Shown piece after piece: positions 1 through 10,134 of a stretch of 64,000 nucleotides of DNA. The stretch spans positions 51,321 through 115,320 of the forward strand of contig WELA01000598.1 in NCBI GenBank assembly GCA_009602735.1. Reading direction: 5' to 3'. How positions within the stretch are numbered: position 1 is the stretch's first letter; each line of letters begins with the position of its first letter. A program made the translations under genes and the position numbers. Origin of the DNA: Mesotaenium endlicherianum. Lineage: Eukaryota. The notes beneath the pieces are model-generated. The model ran no database searches. It saw only the letters and a program-made list of their open reading frames with translations, and was not told the origin of the DNA.

Positions 1-153
1 CTCCCCATCCCCCTCCCCCTCCTGGGCTTCTCCTCCGTCCCCCCTCTCTCATCTTTTGATGCTCACTGGGACTCGCATCTCAGAGTAATCCCCCAGCATT
101 TCCAGCTAATTGCTAGGACCACATTTCTAACCCGTTCTCCTTCTTTCCGGGAC

Positions 154-188
154 TGGATGGATGGATGGATGGATGGATGGATGGATGG
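154..188 (+). repeat. (TGGA)n microsatellite in intron, just upstream of a 3' splice site
   Basis: About 9 tandem TGGA units read directly from the sequence. Confidence 0.95.
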
Positions 189-198
189 CCACCTGCAG

Positions 199-2917
199 CT
201 GAAGAGGGCGTGGGCGGCGCTGAGCTGGCGCGAGAAGCTGCGACTGTGCCAGGTGCTGCTGCAGGGCGCCACGTCGGCACGCCTGGACGCCAGCGAGGAG
301 GCGCTGCGCGCGCTTGAGAGCGACGACGCGCTGTTCGCCATGTTCGCCGAGATGGGCACGCGCTTCCCCTCCCTCCTGCTCCCCCTGGTGCACGAGCGCG
401 ATGTGGTACCCCCCCCTTCTCTCCACCCAACGCCCTGCAACCCTGCAACCCTTGCCTGATTTTCAGCCCCGGCCCTCCAATCTGAGTTCTATTTGCACTC
501 AGCCGACGACCTTGTTGCAGAGGCCTGAACTGGGGATTGTATGCTCCTGAAGCAGAGGGCACTCGCTCTCCCTCCTTCTGTCTCCCTCCTCTCCTCTCCC
601 TCACCCCTCCTCCCTTATCCCCCCCCCCNNNNNNNNNNNNNNNNNNNNNNNNNNNNNNNNNNNNNNNNNNNNNNNNNNNNNNNNNNNNNNNNNNNNNNNN
701 NNNNNNNNNNNNNNNNNNNNNNNNNNNNNNNNNNNNNNNNNNNNNNNNNNNNNNNNNNNNNNNNNNNNNNNNNNNNNNNNNNNNNNNNNNNNNNNNNNNN
801 NNNNNNNNNNNNNNNNNNNNNNNNNNNNNNNNNNNNNNNNNNNNNNNNNNNNNNNNNNNNNNNNNNNNNNNNNNNNNNNNNNNNNNNNNNNNNNNNNNNN
901 NNNNNNNNNNNNNNNNNNNNNNNNNNNNNNNNNNNNNNNNNNNNNNNNNNNNNNNNNNNNNNNNNNNNNNNNNNNNNNNNNNNNNNNNNNNNNNNNNNNN
1001 NNNNNNNNNNNNNNNNNNNNNNNNNNNNNNNNNNNNNNNNNNNNNNNNNNNNNNNNNNNNNNNNNNNNNNNNNNNNNNNNNNNNNNNNNNNNNNNNNNNN
1101 NNNNNNNNNNNNNNNNNNNNNNNNNNNNNNNNNNNNNNNNNNNNNNNNNNNNNNNNNNNNNNNNNNNNNNNNNNNNNNNNNNNNNNNNNNNNNNNNNNNN
1201 NNNNNNNNNNNNNNNNNCCCCGCGCTTCGCTCGGCCCTCCCCTGCCCTCCACTTTCTTCTCTCTCCATTCTCTCTCTTCTCTCCCGAATCTTCTGCTTGT
1301 TCCGCCTCGGATCTCTGACGGTTGCTCAAACTTTCTGTTGCCTTCTCATAGCAAGAGCAGGGTTATAATCTTGTTCTCTTTCCACCCCCAGCAGCCTGCG
1401 GCCCTCTTTCCGGCTGGAACTCATCACTGGCCACATGTGTGGCGCGTCTTTGGGCGTGTGGAGACTTTTGGCCTGGTCTACCCCCACACCACGCCCCACA
1501 TTCCACCCGGTCAGCGCAAAACTAGAGAGTGTATCTGCAGAACCTTCCCGTCTCCGAGCAGAAGGCTTAGTGCCGCAGAGCGAGCTCCGTGCAGCTGTCG
1601 GCCTCTCCCTCTCTGAGTGCACGGCTGCTGGGCTTGTCCTCCGCTTTGGCTTTCAGAGTGTTTTTTGGCACTGGTCCCCCCTGCTCCTCCTTCCTTCTGG
1701 GCACCCTTCTGCATGCCTGCTGCAGATTTTTTAACCAGTTAAGGAGCAATCGTGCCGTTCCCCAAACCCTAATCTCGATCCTGAGGGAAAGCCTTTGTGC
1801 CTTTTCATTAGAGGCCTCCTTGGACCCTTCCCTGCCTGGTGCTCCCGAGAATGTGCGCACGCAGCTGAACCTCCAATATCAGTGTCGACGCCCGGGACAA
1901 AGCACCTGCTGAGAAGGCCCTCACGAACATGTGTGTGTGTGTGTTTGATTGCGTGTTGTGTGTGTGCGTGTGATTGCGTTTTGTGTGTGTTTGTGTGCGT
2001 GCGCGCGCGCTCGATCTTTGACCATGTTGTGCCCTCTTGTGCTCTCGTGTAGCACTAGAGGTGCGGCATGCAGCGTTCATCCTTCACCTAACTCGACACA
2101 CTCGGATTGCAGGTGCTGCTCTCTCGAAGGCTATATTTGCTCACAAGCGCACTTCCATTTTGACTCCCAGATCTCTTATTGGAGGAGCATACCCTGTCGA
2201 GATGTTAATTGTGGCAGCTGACTGCCACCCCCTCCCTCTGGGCCAAGGCTGGGTGTCTGTGTGCAGCTGCTCAGGCTCATTGTTTTGCTTAAGCTGTAGA
2301 GCAAAAATGCTTGCTGTTTGCGCCACGTTCCTGCATGCGAAATCGCGCAATAGATGGCCCCTTCACTCTGGTACACGCTCTGGGGCGTGCCTGCGTGCGT
2401 GCTGTCAACGCCATGTGCGCGCGTTTGGTTGCACCTACGTGCATGCGTACCTGCGTGCGCATGGGCAGTGAGTACCTGGCTGCTTATCGGTACTCGTGTG
2501 CTTGCATGCTCACTAAGTGTCCGCGTGCGTGCTTGCTGTCTGCCCCATGTTCGTGCGTGCCTGCCTGCTTGCGTGGCGTGACCTGCCTGCTTGCATGCGT
2601 GCCTGCTTGCGTGTGTGTGCGAGCAGTACCTGGCGTGGTCCCTGAAGAGGAGCAAGGCCGTCAACGGCACAGCGCGGGTGGTGGGCGTGATGGGGCGCGG
2701 CCACCTGCGGGGTGTGGTGTACGCACTCACGCACAACCAGGAGAAGCTGCGCTTCAAGGACCTTGTGGGCTCGCGGCACGCCCGGGGCTCGCCAGGTGGC
2801 GGCAGGGAGGGGCCCAGCCCGGCCGTCAGCAAGTTTCTCAGGAACCTGCTCATAGAGACGGCTGTTGGCGGCGCATTATGGCTGCTCTACACTGCCGCCA
2901 CTTCTCCTCACTCTTAG
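199..2917 (+). CDS. TraB-family protein, last two coding exons (199-405, 2627-2917); 5' part lies outside the window
   Basis: Spliced translation LKRAWAALSWREK...FPSLLLPLVHERDV|YLAWSLKRSKAVNGTARVVGVMGRGHLRGVVYAL resembles plant TraB-family C-termini (HERD..LAWSL, VVGV.G.GH). Phase-0 GT-AG intron 406-2626; TAG stop ends at 2917; GC3-rich codons. Confidence 0.85.
629..1217. other. Assembly gap (N run) inside TraB intron
   Basis: Run of n flanked by C-rich sequence. Confidence 1.
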
Positions 2918-3509
2918 GGTGAGGGTTAGGGATATGCTCAAGATATGGGTTGAAGGCTTTCAGCACGGAGCTTTTAGCGGTCTTAGGCTCGCGTTTGAAG
3001 GCAGGCAGGGCCTGAGGTTCTCGCCCGACGCCTCCCTAGGGCAGCTACTAGCAGCAGCCAGTAAAGTTCTGCGGCGGGCTGCTGCGGCTCAATCGCACTG
3101 CTATTCGTATGCGATTCGCGTGCAGTCTCTACGCAACCAAGGGCGCCAATTGAGGCTTCTGGTGCAAACACACGTGCGTGCATGTCTGGTGTCGTGGCCT
3201 TTTGAGCATGCCGTTTGTTCTACGCTGTGGCCGCCTGCTGCTCATGTTTAGCAGAGTCGTCGATAGCGGTGGCCGGAGCTGTGCTGTTGGGCTGTGGGAC
3301 ATGCATTGGGTTGGTGTGTAAATTTTCCTTCTAGCAACCTTGCGGGGCCCTGATATATGGTTATGAAGAGCAGACCAGCTAGTCAAGAAAGTAGTTGCTT
3401 AATATCTTGATTTTGTACGTCTAGGGGTATATTGGTACGTATATATGTGTTAGATTGTGATATACATGTTTTCTTAATCCAGGTTGGATGTAGCTTGCTT
3501 GCCTAGCCT

Positions 3510-3730
3510 CTGTAGGAGAGAGAAGCCGAAGAAGTATTGGTGGCTGCGCAGGACTCGGAATATCCTCACAACACTAGAGACAATAATGTAGAAAGTCTGC
3601 TCTTGCTTGCCTTGAGTTTATGGCTGATCCTTCTTATGGGAGTACCTCGGTGGATGCGTGCCACTGTTCCATCGCCGAATTTAATGAAGAAGTCCAAGAC
3701 CACGGTCCTTGATTGTGGTGGGCCTAGAAT
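3510..3730 (-). pseudogene. Remnant of a cytosine-5 DNA methyltransferase N-terminus (SAM-binding motif I region)
   Basis: PPQSRTVVLDFFIKFGDGTVARIHRGTPIRRISH...SRLSTLLSLVL*GYSE follows the spacing of retroelement DNMT N-termini (LDLFGG..G..A.L..G.PIR.Y......AR......L...YP), recalled from memory, and lies downstream of the protease. The key glycines are lost. Confidence 0.5.
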
Positions 3731-4060
3731 TTGCTGCTTTATAGGCGCTTGTACCAAAGGTGATACTTTGAGCACCAAGTTCAGTGTTGACTTTACATAA
3801 TAAGGTATTGGCAACAGCTCTTTCGGCTTGAAGTTGAGTTGTGCAACGTTTCCAGCTGTCCAACCCTTCTCATGTCGAGTAGCAAAGGCTTAGGCATGTT
3901 AATGCTCGTATAGTCATCATGCTCATATTGCAGCATAAGCACATGACTTTAATCAGATGGTTCAGACCGGTCTTGGCCGGTGGCATAGCAGTCCACTTCT
4001 CCCAGGACTGTTTTGCTTAGTCACATCATTTTTACAAGAATTTCTTTTAGCAAATTGCAA

Positions 4061-4385
4061 CTATGTCACCTTTTGCCTTCTCAGGTCAATGACCATATTC
4101 AGTGGGATCAGTGATTCTGTCCCCGCGAGACTGTTATATATCTCCGCCTCCGGGACTGTGCAAATCATCATCAACACAATCTCCTCAAATTTTCCTAGAA
4201 TTCTTGCAATTTTGACAATTTTGCAAGTAAAACCACAAGCTTTTGCAGCTTGTCTTGAGGCAGTCAAGAGGCGAGATGGACTCTCTTCCAAGTCCTTTTA
4301 TATGGCCTAGAGCTTTTATAGCCCTTTTGCCCAAAGTGACCGCTTGTGAGTAGAATGGTCCGAGCAGCCCATTTGTTGACTTCAA
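4061..4385 (-). pseudogene. Degenerate retroelement aspartic protease (frameshift near 4295)
   Basis: Joining ORFs 4185-4385 and 4061-4291 gives a retropepsin-like layout: decayed LLD.G.Q active site, TAS flap and C-terminal Y..L.G.E.L.P....ID motif. Confidence 0.6.
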
Positions 4386-5374
4386 GGACTCCCCCCTTAT
4401 TCAGCACTTTCACAGTACGTGCTGAAGTTGGTAGGTAGCAATATGTTGTTTTCCCCTTTCACACCTTCAACAATCCGCTTCTGTGCCACTTCAACTGTGG
4501 TCAAGAATGAAATCCCAAGATTAACCTGCGAGAACAAAGGCATGTGCTGCATCCATTTTTCCACCAGTGCCTGTAATCTGCCTTGCAAAGAGATCACGGA
4601 CTTGTGTGTACCACATTTATTTGTCGCAGATAGGTGATCTTGTCTTGAGTGTGATGCAAAGGTTTTGGGGAAATTTTAAGAGTTCCTTGGTACCAAATGG
4701 TCATGGTCTGCCCTCTCAACAACTGGTGCAGCATTCTGACAGTTGCTGCCCTCGCGCCCTTGCAGACGATTTTCTCTCCATGCCATGTCGTTGTTGTAAT
4801 TGGCTCCTGGGGCGCTCATTTTGGCCATTCGAGCTTTGAGCTCAGCAAGTTAAAAGTTGAGGTGACCAGAGGTGTCCTTGTCCTTTTTCACTTCGTTTGC
4901 AGCATTAGCCTAGGGAGGCTTCAGATGCGGGTTCTTGGACCAACGCTCGTCCTCCAAATGACCCTTTTTGCTACAGTGTGTACAAACTTGTGCTTAGCTT
5001 GTAGCCAATTGCTTGGCCTTGATATTAGCTTGAGGTCTTAAGAAGAAAGGATTTCTCCTTCCTTTTTGGCGCCATCATTGTCTTGGAAATCTCCTGATAC
5101 CAGATCTTTCCTTTTTGAATCTCGGCGGCATCATTGATAGAGCAATTGATCCCTTTTTGAGCCGACAAGTTTGACCCGACTTCTCGATTTGTTTCGTTGT
5201 CCAAGGACAACAAACCTTTGTTAACCACAATATGAGGTTTATAGATTCCTAGGTATTGGGCAAAATCACTTGATCTGATTTTTAACTTCATCACAATTTA
5301 ATTCTTGCAAAAAAGTCGACACAAGGATGCACTTTAATGCTGCGATCTACCAATAAACGTGTTGTCATGATGTG

Positions 5375-8220
5375 TTGATGTTGTGCGAAAAGAAATTGAC
5401 TGCACATCATTGGCTTAAGCAATAAACAACAGGCAAGCAAAATTGCTGCAATGACGTCTAAAATACATGTGGCCTTCAAGCCAAAAAAGGAGTCAAGCGT
5501 CAAATGTTTTATTAAGAGGCGTGTACTATCCAAAATGAGCACCTCAAAAATGTAAATTGGAAAGAGATCAAGTAATAAAGTATGGCCCAAAAGACCACAG
5601 GAAGCAAATCACTCTTTGTAGAGTAGTCCTATGCAAGGGTTTAAGCTGTGACTTTGCTCACCACTTGTGAAGTTCTCCAAGTGACTGAAAGCCAGGAGGG
5701 CTTGCTCTTCACAAGAGAGACTAAGTGGTCCTAAAAACACAAGAGATAAAAGTGTGAGTTTTGTTGATAATCTATGTCACTTACAACTTGCCATAATGGA
5801 CTTCTAAAAGATGGCCCATTAGGGACATCTCAACTGCTTTATGCCCCTCAAAAATTGGCGCGGAAGGCGGCGGGTTCAACGTATGTGGTCACATTAGGAC
5901 GCTCTCTTGTGTCCACGAATGTGTACAAGGTGTGTGCTTGCAATCCTATAGGTTAAGCATACCTCAAATCGATCAAACCTGGATGCAAAGAATATGCTAA
6001 ATGCTTCTCTTTGGTGGACTTACCTTGACCAATGCTACCTAGAGAAAGCCTCAGAAGTTGATCTGGAACTTGAGGAAGCTTCCTCTAGGGATAGGTGATG
6101 TAGTCACCAAGTTATAGCCTTAGTGATGCACATTTACTAAGGTAATGCAAGATATGTGTAGGCTAGGGAGCTCGCAGATTTGTGCGCACAAAGCTAAGGG
6201 TCCTTGAGGTCACAAATAGCCAACAATGTGACCTTTGGGGCTCATTGAGTGACAATTTGGCCTCCGGTGAAAGTCCGCTAGGGGCCAGTAGGTGGCGTGG
6301 ATTAGATTGCAAATATCTCGCTCGACACTTGACCAAATGACGCAAAACCGGTGCCATTCGGAAGGTTTCTCGCCACTTTGCACTTTGGCGACTTGCAACC
6401 TAGAAAAGGTCAACATATGGATGCGTACGCCATAAATTCAAGTCAAAGTCGGCCTTCCTTGGTTGATGGTTCACATATGTGTAGCTCGATTTTGGTGCAA
6501 CGACCTCCACCTAATAAATCATGACATTGAGTTGAAGTTGATGCTGTAATGATCTGAGCTTTTTAGGCGTATTTGGGACGTTTTCCCAAGTACCTAAAAA
6601 ATGTTATATCATTTATCGATACTTTAGTCCATAAATGATTGCATCTTTGATGAATGAATCAAGACACGCGTGTGCCTACTAATTCCTAGTTGATTGGCGA
6701 AACGACCAAATTGCTATTGCAAAAAGCATCGTAGAGTGATTTGATTACTTCGCAATAGTACAATATAATAAATCATTAAGTTACCTTGACTAACTATGAA
6801 GGAATAACTTATTTACTTGTTGATTAATCAACTTATTATGACTTCCTTTATTTGTATAATGACTGTCGTTGTTTTCGGTTAACGACGGTCGTTTATCCGA
6901 AAGGAAACACCTTTGAAGTGGCCTAAGGGAGCCACCGATCAGATTCAAAAACGCAACCTCTCGGCTGACGTCTCGCGACTCCAAAGATAGTCGTAATATT
7001 CAATCAGGACATATTATGCCAAGTTACTTAAATTATCCTTGAATACCGACGAAAAGATCCTCAAGAGAGCATAAACGTTGCAGAAATGTTACAAATGCAC
7101 AAAATCGAACTACAACTGTGTGAAGTTAACAATTTATGCTTAAGCCCCATATGTTGACACTTTCTAGATTTCCAAGTCACAAAAGTGTGAAAGGTCATGT
7201 CATCTTCCGAATGGCACCGGTTTCACGTCATTTGAATAGATATCAAAAGAGGTATTCGCGATTGAGTCCGCGCCACCTATCGGTCCCTGAAAAAATTTCG
7301 CCCAAGGCCAATATGTGACTAGACTTGTCCGTGGGTCACATTTGGGCTATTTGCAACCCCAAAGGACCCTCTCTTTGTGCGCACAAATCCGCAAGCTCTT
7401 ATGACACATTATGCTTACATTTCCATATTCAAAGCGCACGAAAAAGGATATAACTTGGTGATTGCATTACCTACTGCTAGAAGAAGCTTTTTTAAGTTAC
7501 AGATTTATTTACGAGGCATATCTAGGTAGCATTGGTCAAGATAAGCTCGGCCAATAGGGAGCCCTTGGCATATTCTTGCATCTAGGATTTGATAGATTTT
7601 GAGTGATGCCTAACCTGTACGCTGTAGGAGTGCTAGTACATCCTTTGCACACATTTGTGTGGAAGTAGGAAAGGCCTCCTAGAGTGGCCCCTTGCATTGA
7701 ATCCGCGCCTAACCCATTGGTTTTTGTAATAGTATATAGTACTAAATATGCCCTTAGTGAGGCATTTTTTAGAAGTCCTTGTTGGCAAATTGTAAGTGAC
7801 AGAGTCGTCAGTAAAGTTGACACTTTTATCTCTTGTGTTTCAGGGTCATTATTCTGTCTTGTGAAGAGCAAACCAGCCTCTCCTAGGTTGGTTCCCAGCC
7901 GCTTGGAGAACTTCACAAGTGGTGAGCAAAAACACAGATTAAACCCTTGCATGGGAGAACTCTAAGAAGCTGCTTACGATGTGCTTTCAGTAATCTTTTG
8001 GGCCATACTTCACTAGTTGTTCTCTTTCAAGTTTTTAATCTTGAAGTGCTCACTCTGATAAGTAAAAAACTTCCTCATAACAAAATTGGACGCTTGTCTC
8101 CCTTTACGGGCTATAAAGCCACACGTATAATAGATGCCATTGCAACAAAGCCTGTTGGTTTGACTTGTACTGCTTATGACGCTATTGCACACTCGAGCTC
8201 TTCACGCACGATAGATATCA
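5375..8220. repeat. Long diverged inverted repeat: arms ~5375-6500 and ~7095-8220, ~600-bp spacer
   Basis: aagtatggcccaaaaga and tgctcaccacttgtgaagttctccaag (5578-5680) recur reverse-complemented at ~7903-8010. ORF pairs 5291-5590(-)/7947-8360(+) and 6163-6357(-)/7136-7318(+) are visibly homologous. Confidence 0.9.
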
Positions 8221-9302
8221 TAAATTCCTGCCTTTGGGCCAATAGTCCCCAATATAGAATGCACCTCCATCACGGTTTCATTCTTGCGACGTTCAAAGTG
8301 AACATAAAGATGCACTGTAATGCTGCGGTGTTCCGATTAACGTGCTTCAAGCAATTTTAACATCGACGCAATCAATGGGTTGGGTTCAGTTGGTCACTCC
8401 TAAATTCCACATTTTGTGATGTATGATTGGAATCAGCAACCACCTTTATGGCTGTATACGACTCAATATGTGGTCTCTAAATAGCATCTCTAACTCTCTT
8501 TATTTGAGCTAAAAGTTTTACGCAGAGACCTTGCAACCTTTTTTCCACAGCTTCGGCACTCTCGTCAACAGCTGTGCTCTTTTGACCGACTTCTAACTGC
8601 TGCAGTCACGCTTTCAATCGCAACCGTTGTATCTGTCCTTACAACACAAGAAATTTGCACTGCTCCTCCCGTAGACAGAGCAGCTAATTGTCTTTTGCAA
8701 TCATCTTTGAATTTTTAGTTTTTTGGCTCTCTTCTGGTCCTCAAACATTCATTTCTAGGTAAGCATTTCATCCTTGCAAAATACATAATAAAGCAACAAA
8801 GCATCAAAAGAAAATGCTGAATCATATTCATAAATGCGTGTATGAGGCATCTACTTGGATCCTTCGTCTTCAAACGACTGCTCGTTCTACGAGTTGTCAG
8901 AAATCTCAGCATCTCACTTTCTTGTGGACTTTTGCTTTTGTTAGACCCTTTTGCAAGCTCTACAAGATGGTATATTTGACCACACTCAACCGTTTAAACA
9001 ATCACATTTTGCCTGCCTCCTTCTCAAGTTAGTCTTGAGCAAATAATTCATATCTTTTGAAAAGTCTTGTTCACCTGAGAACCAAGTTAACAGAGGTTTT
9101 CAGAAGGAGGACAGAAGCATCTACTTCTTATGCAAACTCATTATCAATGTTGATGGGTTCACTAAATTATGATTTACAAAAATAATCAAAAGTAAATAAA
9201 TAAGAGAATAAAATGTAAAGAAAATCGTCTTCACAAGCTTTGGCTTACTTTTATAGTACAAGCTTACAAAAATCCAAAATCTAAAGCAACATATACTATG
9301 CT

Positions 9303-10061
9303 TGAAAGGGGCAAGGTGCCCTAGTGGAAGCGTATTGACTCACGAGAAACAAAACTAGTTGCAATCATACTAAAGAGTGCAGCAGCATATCACTAAGAAA
9401 GCTTAGGAAAATTACTCAGCATTTTTAGTAGGAAAAAACTGCTCACAAATGGAATAAGATGAAAGGTCTCGTCAATACAAACCCATAGAGATTTACAAAA
9501 GTGAAAATTGATCAGTGACGAAGAAGTTGTGTCTATTTATAGTTTTTCTACGATGGCCGATCGTCCCTAGGAGGGAGGGCTGCTTAGCAACGAAATTTCC
9601 TGAGTGTTTGTCAAATCGTCCCTTCCCGTATTCGTGAGTATGCCAAATCAGCTTGATCTGACCTGTCGGGTCGATTTGACGTCCACATACATGCATCGAC
9701 ATTTCTAGAATATACTAACTTAGGCGCGCTAGGCTATCCGAAACTTCTAGATAAATTGACCTAGTCGGCACTCCGCGTCAGCCGAAATTACGTGAAGGTT
9801 CGAATTCACTCTAACGGATCAGATTGCTCAACGCTGTCGGTCAATCCGACGGTCGCGCTCACCGCGAATTAAGGACAGGGCGCCGACCAACCTTAAAACT
9901 AATTAGACTTCCAAAATTCATAATTATCTCAATACTTAACCATATTTGACACACTTTATATCAAAATGACCACAAAAACACACTCTATATTTATATGACT
10001 TATCATATAAACATATATCTAAATGATTAAAAAATGCACTTCATAATTCTATAACCTTACA
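9303..10061 (-). repeat. 3' LTR of chromovirus
   Basis: Direct repeat of 15399-16144; TG...CA ends; adjacent PPT. Confidence 0.95.
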
Positions 10062-10075
10062 TCATCCCCCTCCAC
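10062..10075 (-). other. Polypurine tract of chromovirus
   Basis: Minus strand GTGGAGGGGGATGA immediately before the TGTAAGG of the 3' LTR. Confidence 0.85.
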
Positions 10076-10134
10076 AAGATGCGACGTCCTCAACGCATTC
10101 TGCAGATAACGCCTTAACTTAATCTTACAACGAG

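Larger units (their letters stand above)
3510..5600 (-). mobile_element. Highly degenerate Ty3/Gypsy-like relic: gag (CCHC), aspartic protease, probable C5-DNA-methyltransferase N-terminus
   Basis: Minus-strand fragments in retroelement order with many stops and frameshifts: zinc knuckle CTHCSKKGHLEDE(R)WSKNPHL (~4984-4920); protease-like LL..SQAVTLGKRAIKALG/DLEESPSRLLTAS...YNSLAGTESLIPLNMVID (~4385-4061); motif-I-like VVLDFF...G..A....GTPIRR (~3730-3510). No LTRs or TSD found. Confidence 0.65.

Noticed and set aside
113..1616. Long ORFs containing X runs (also 58739-59669)
   Set aside because: Artefacts of translating through N gaps.
2914..2931. ttagggtgagggttaggg at the TraB stop codon
   Set aside because: Only three imperfect hexamers; too short to call a telomeric tract.
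3446..3470. TGTTAG... as a possible LTR terminus of the DNMT-like relic
   Set aside because: No matching second LTR, PPT or TSD found.
7536..7952. CQ...YFHTNV spacing in the right IR arm recalling DNMT PCQ...ENV motifs
   Set aside because: The Pro and Glu are absent in both arms and the intervening residues do not match; probably chance.
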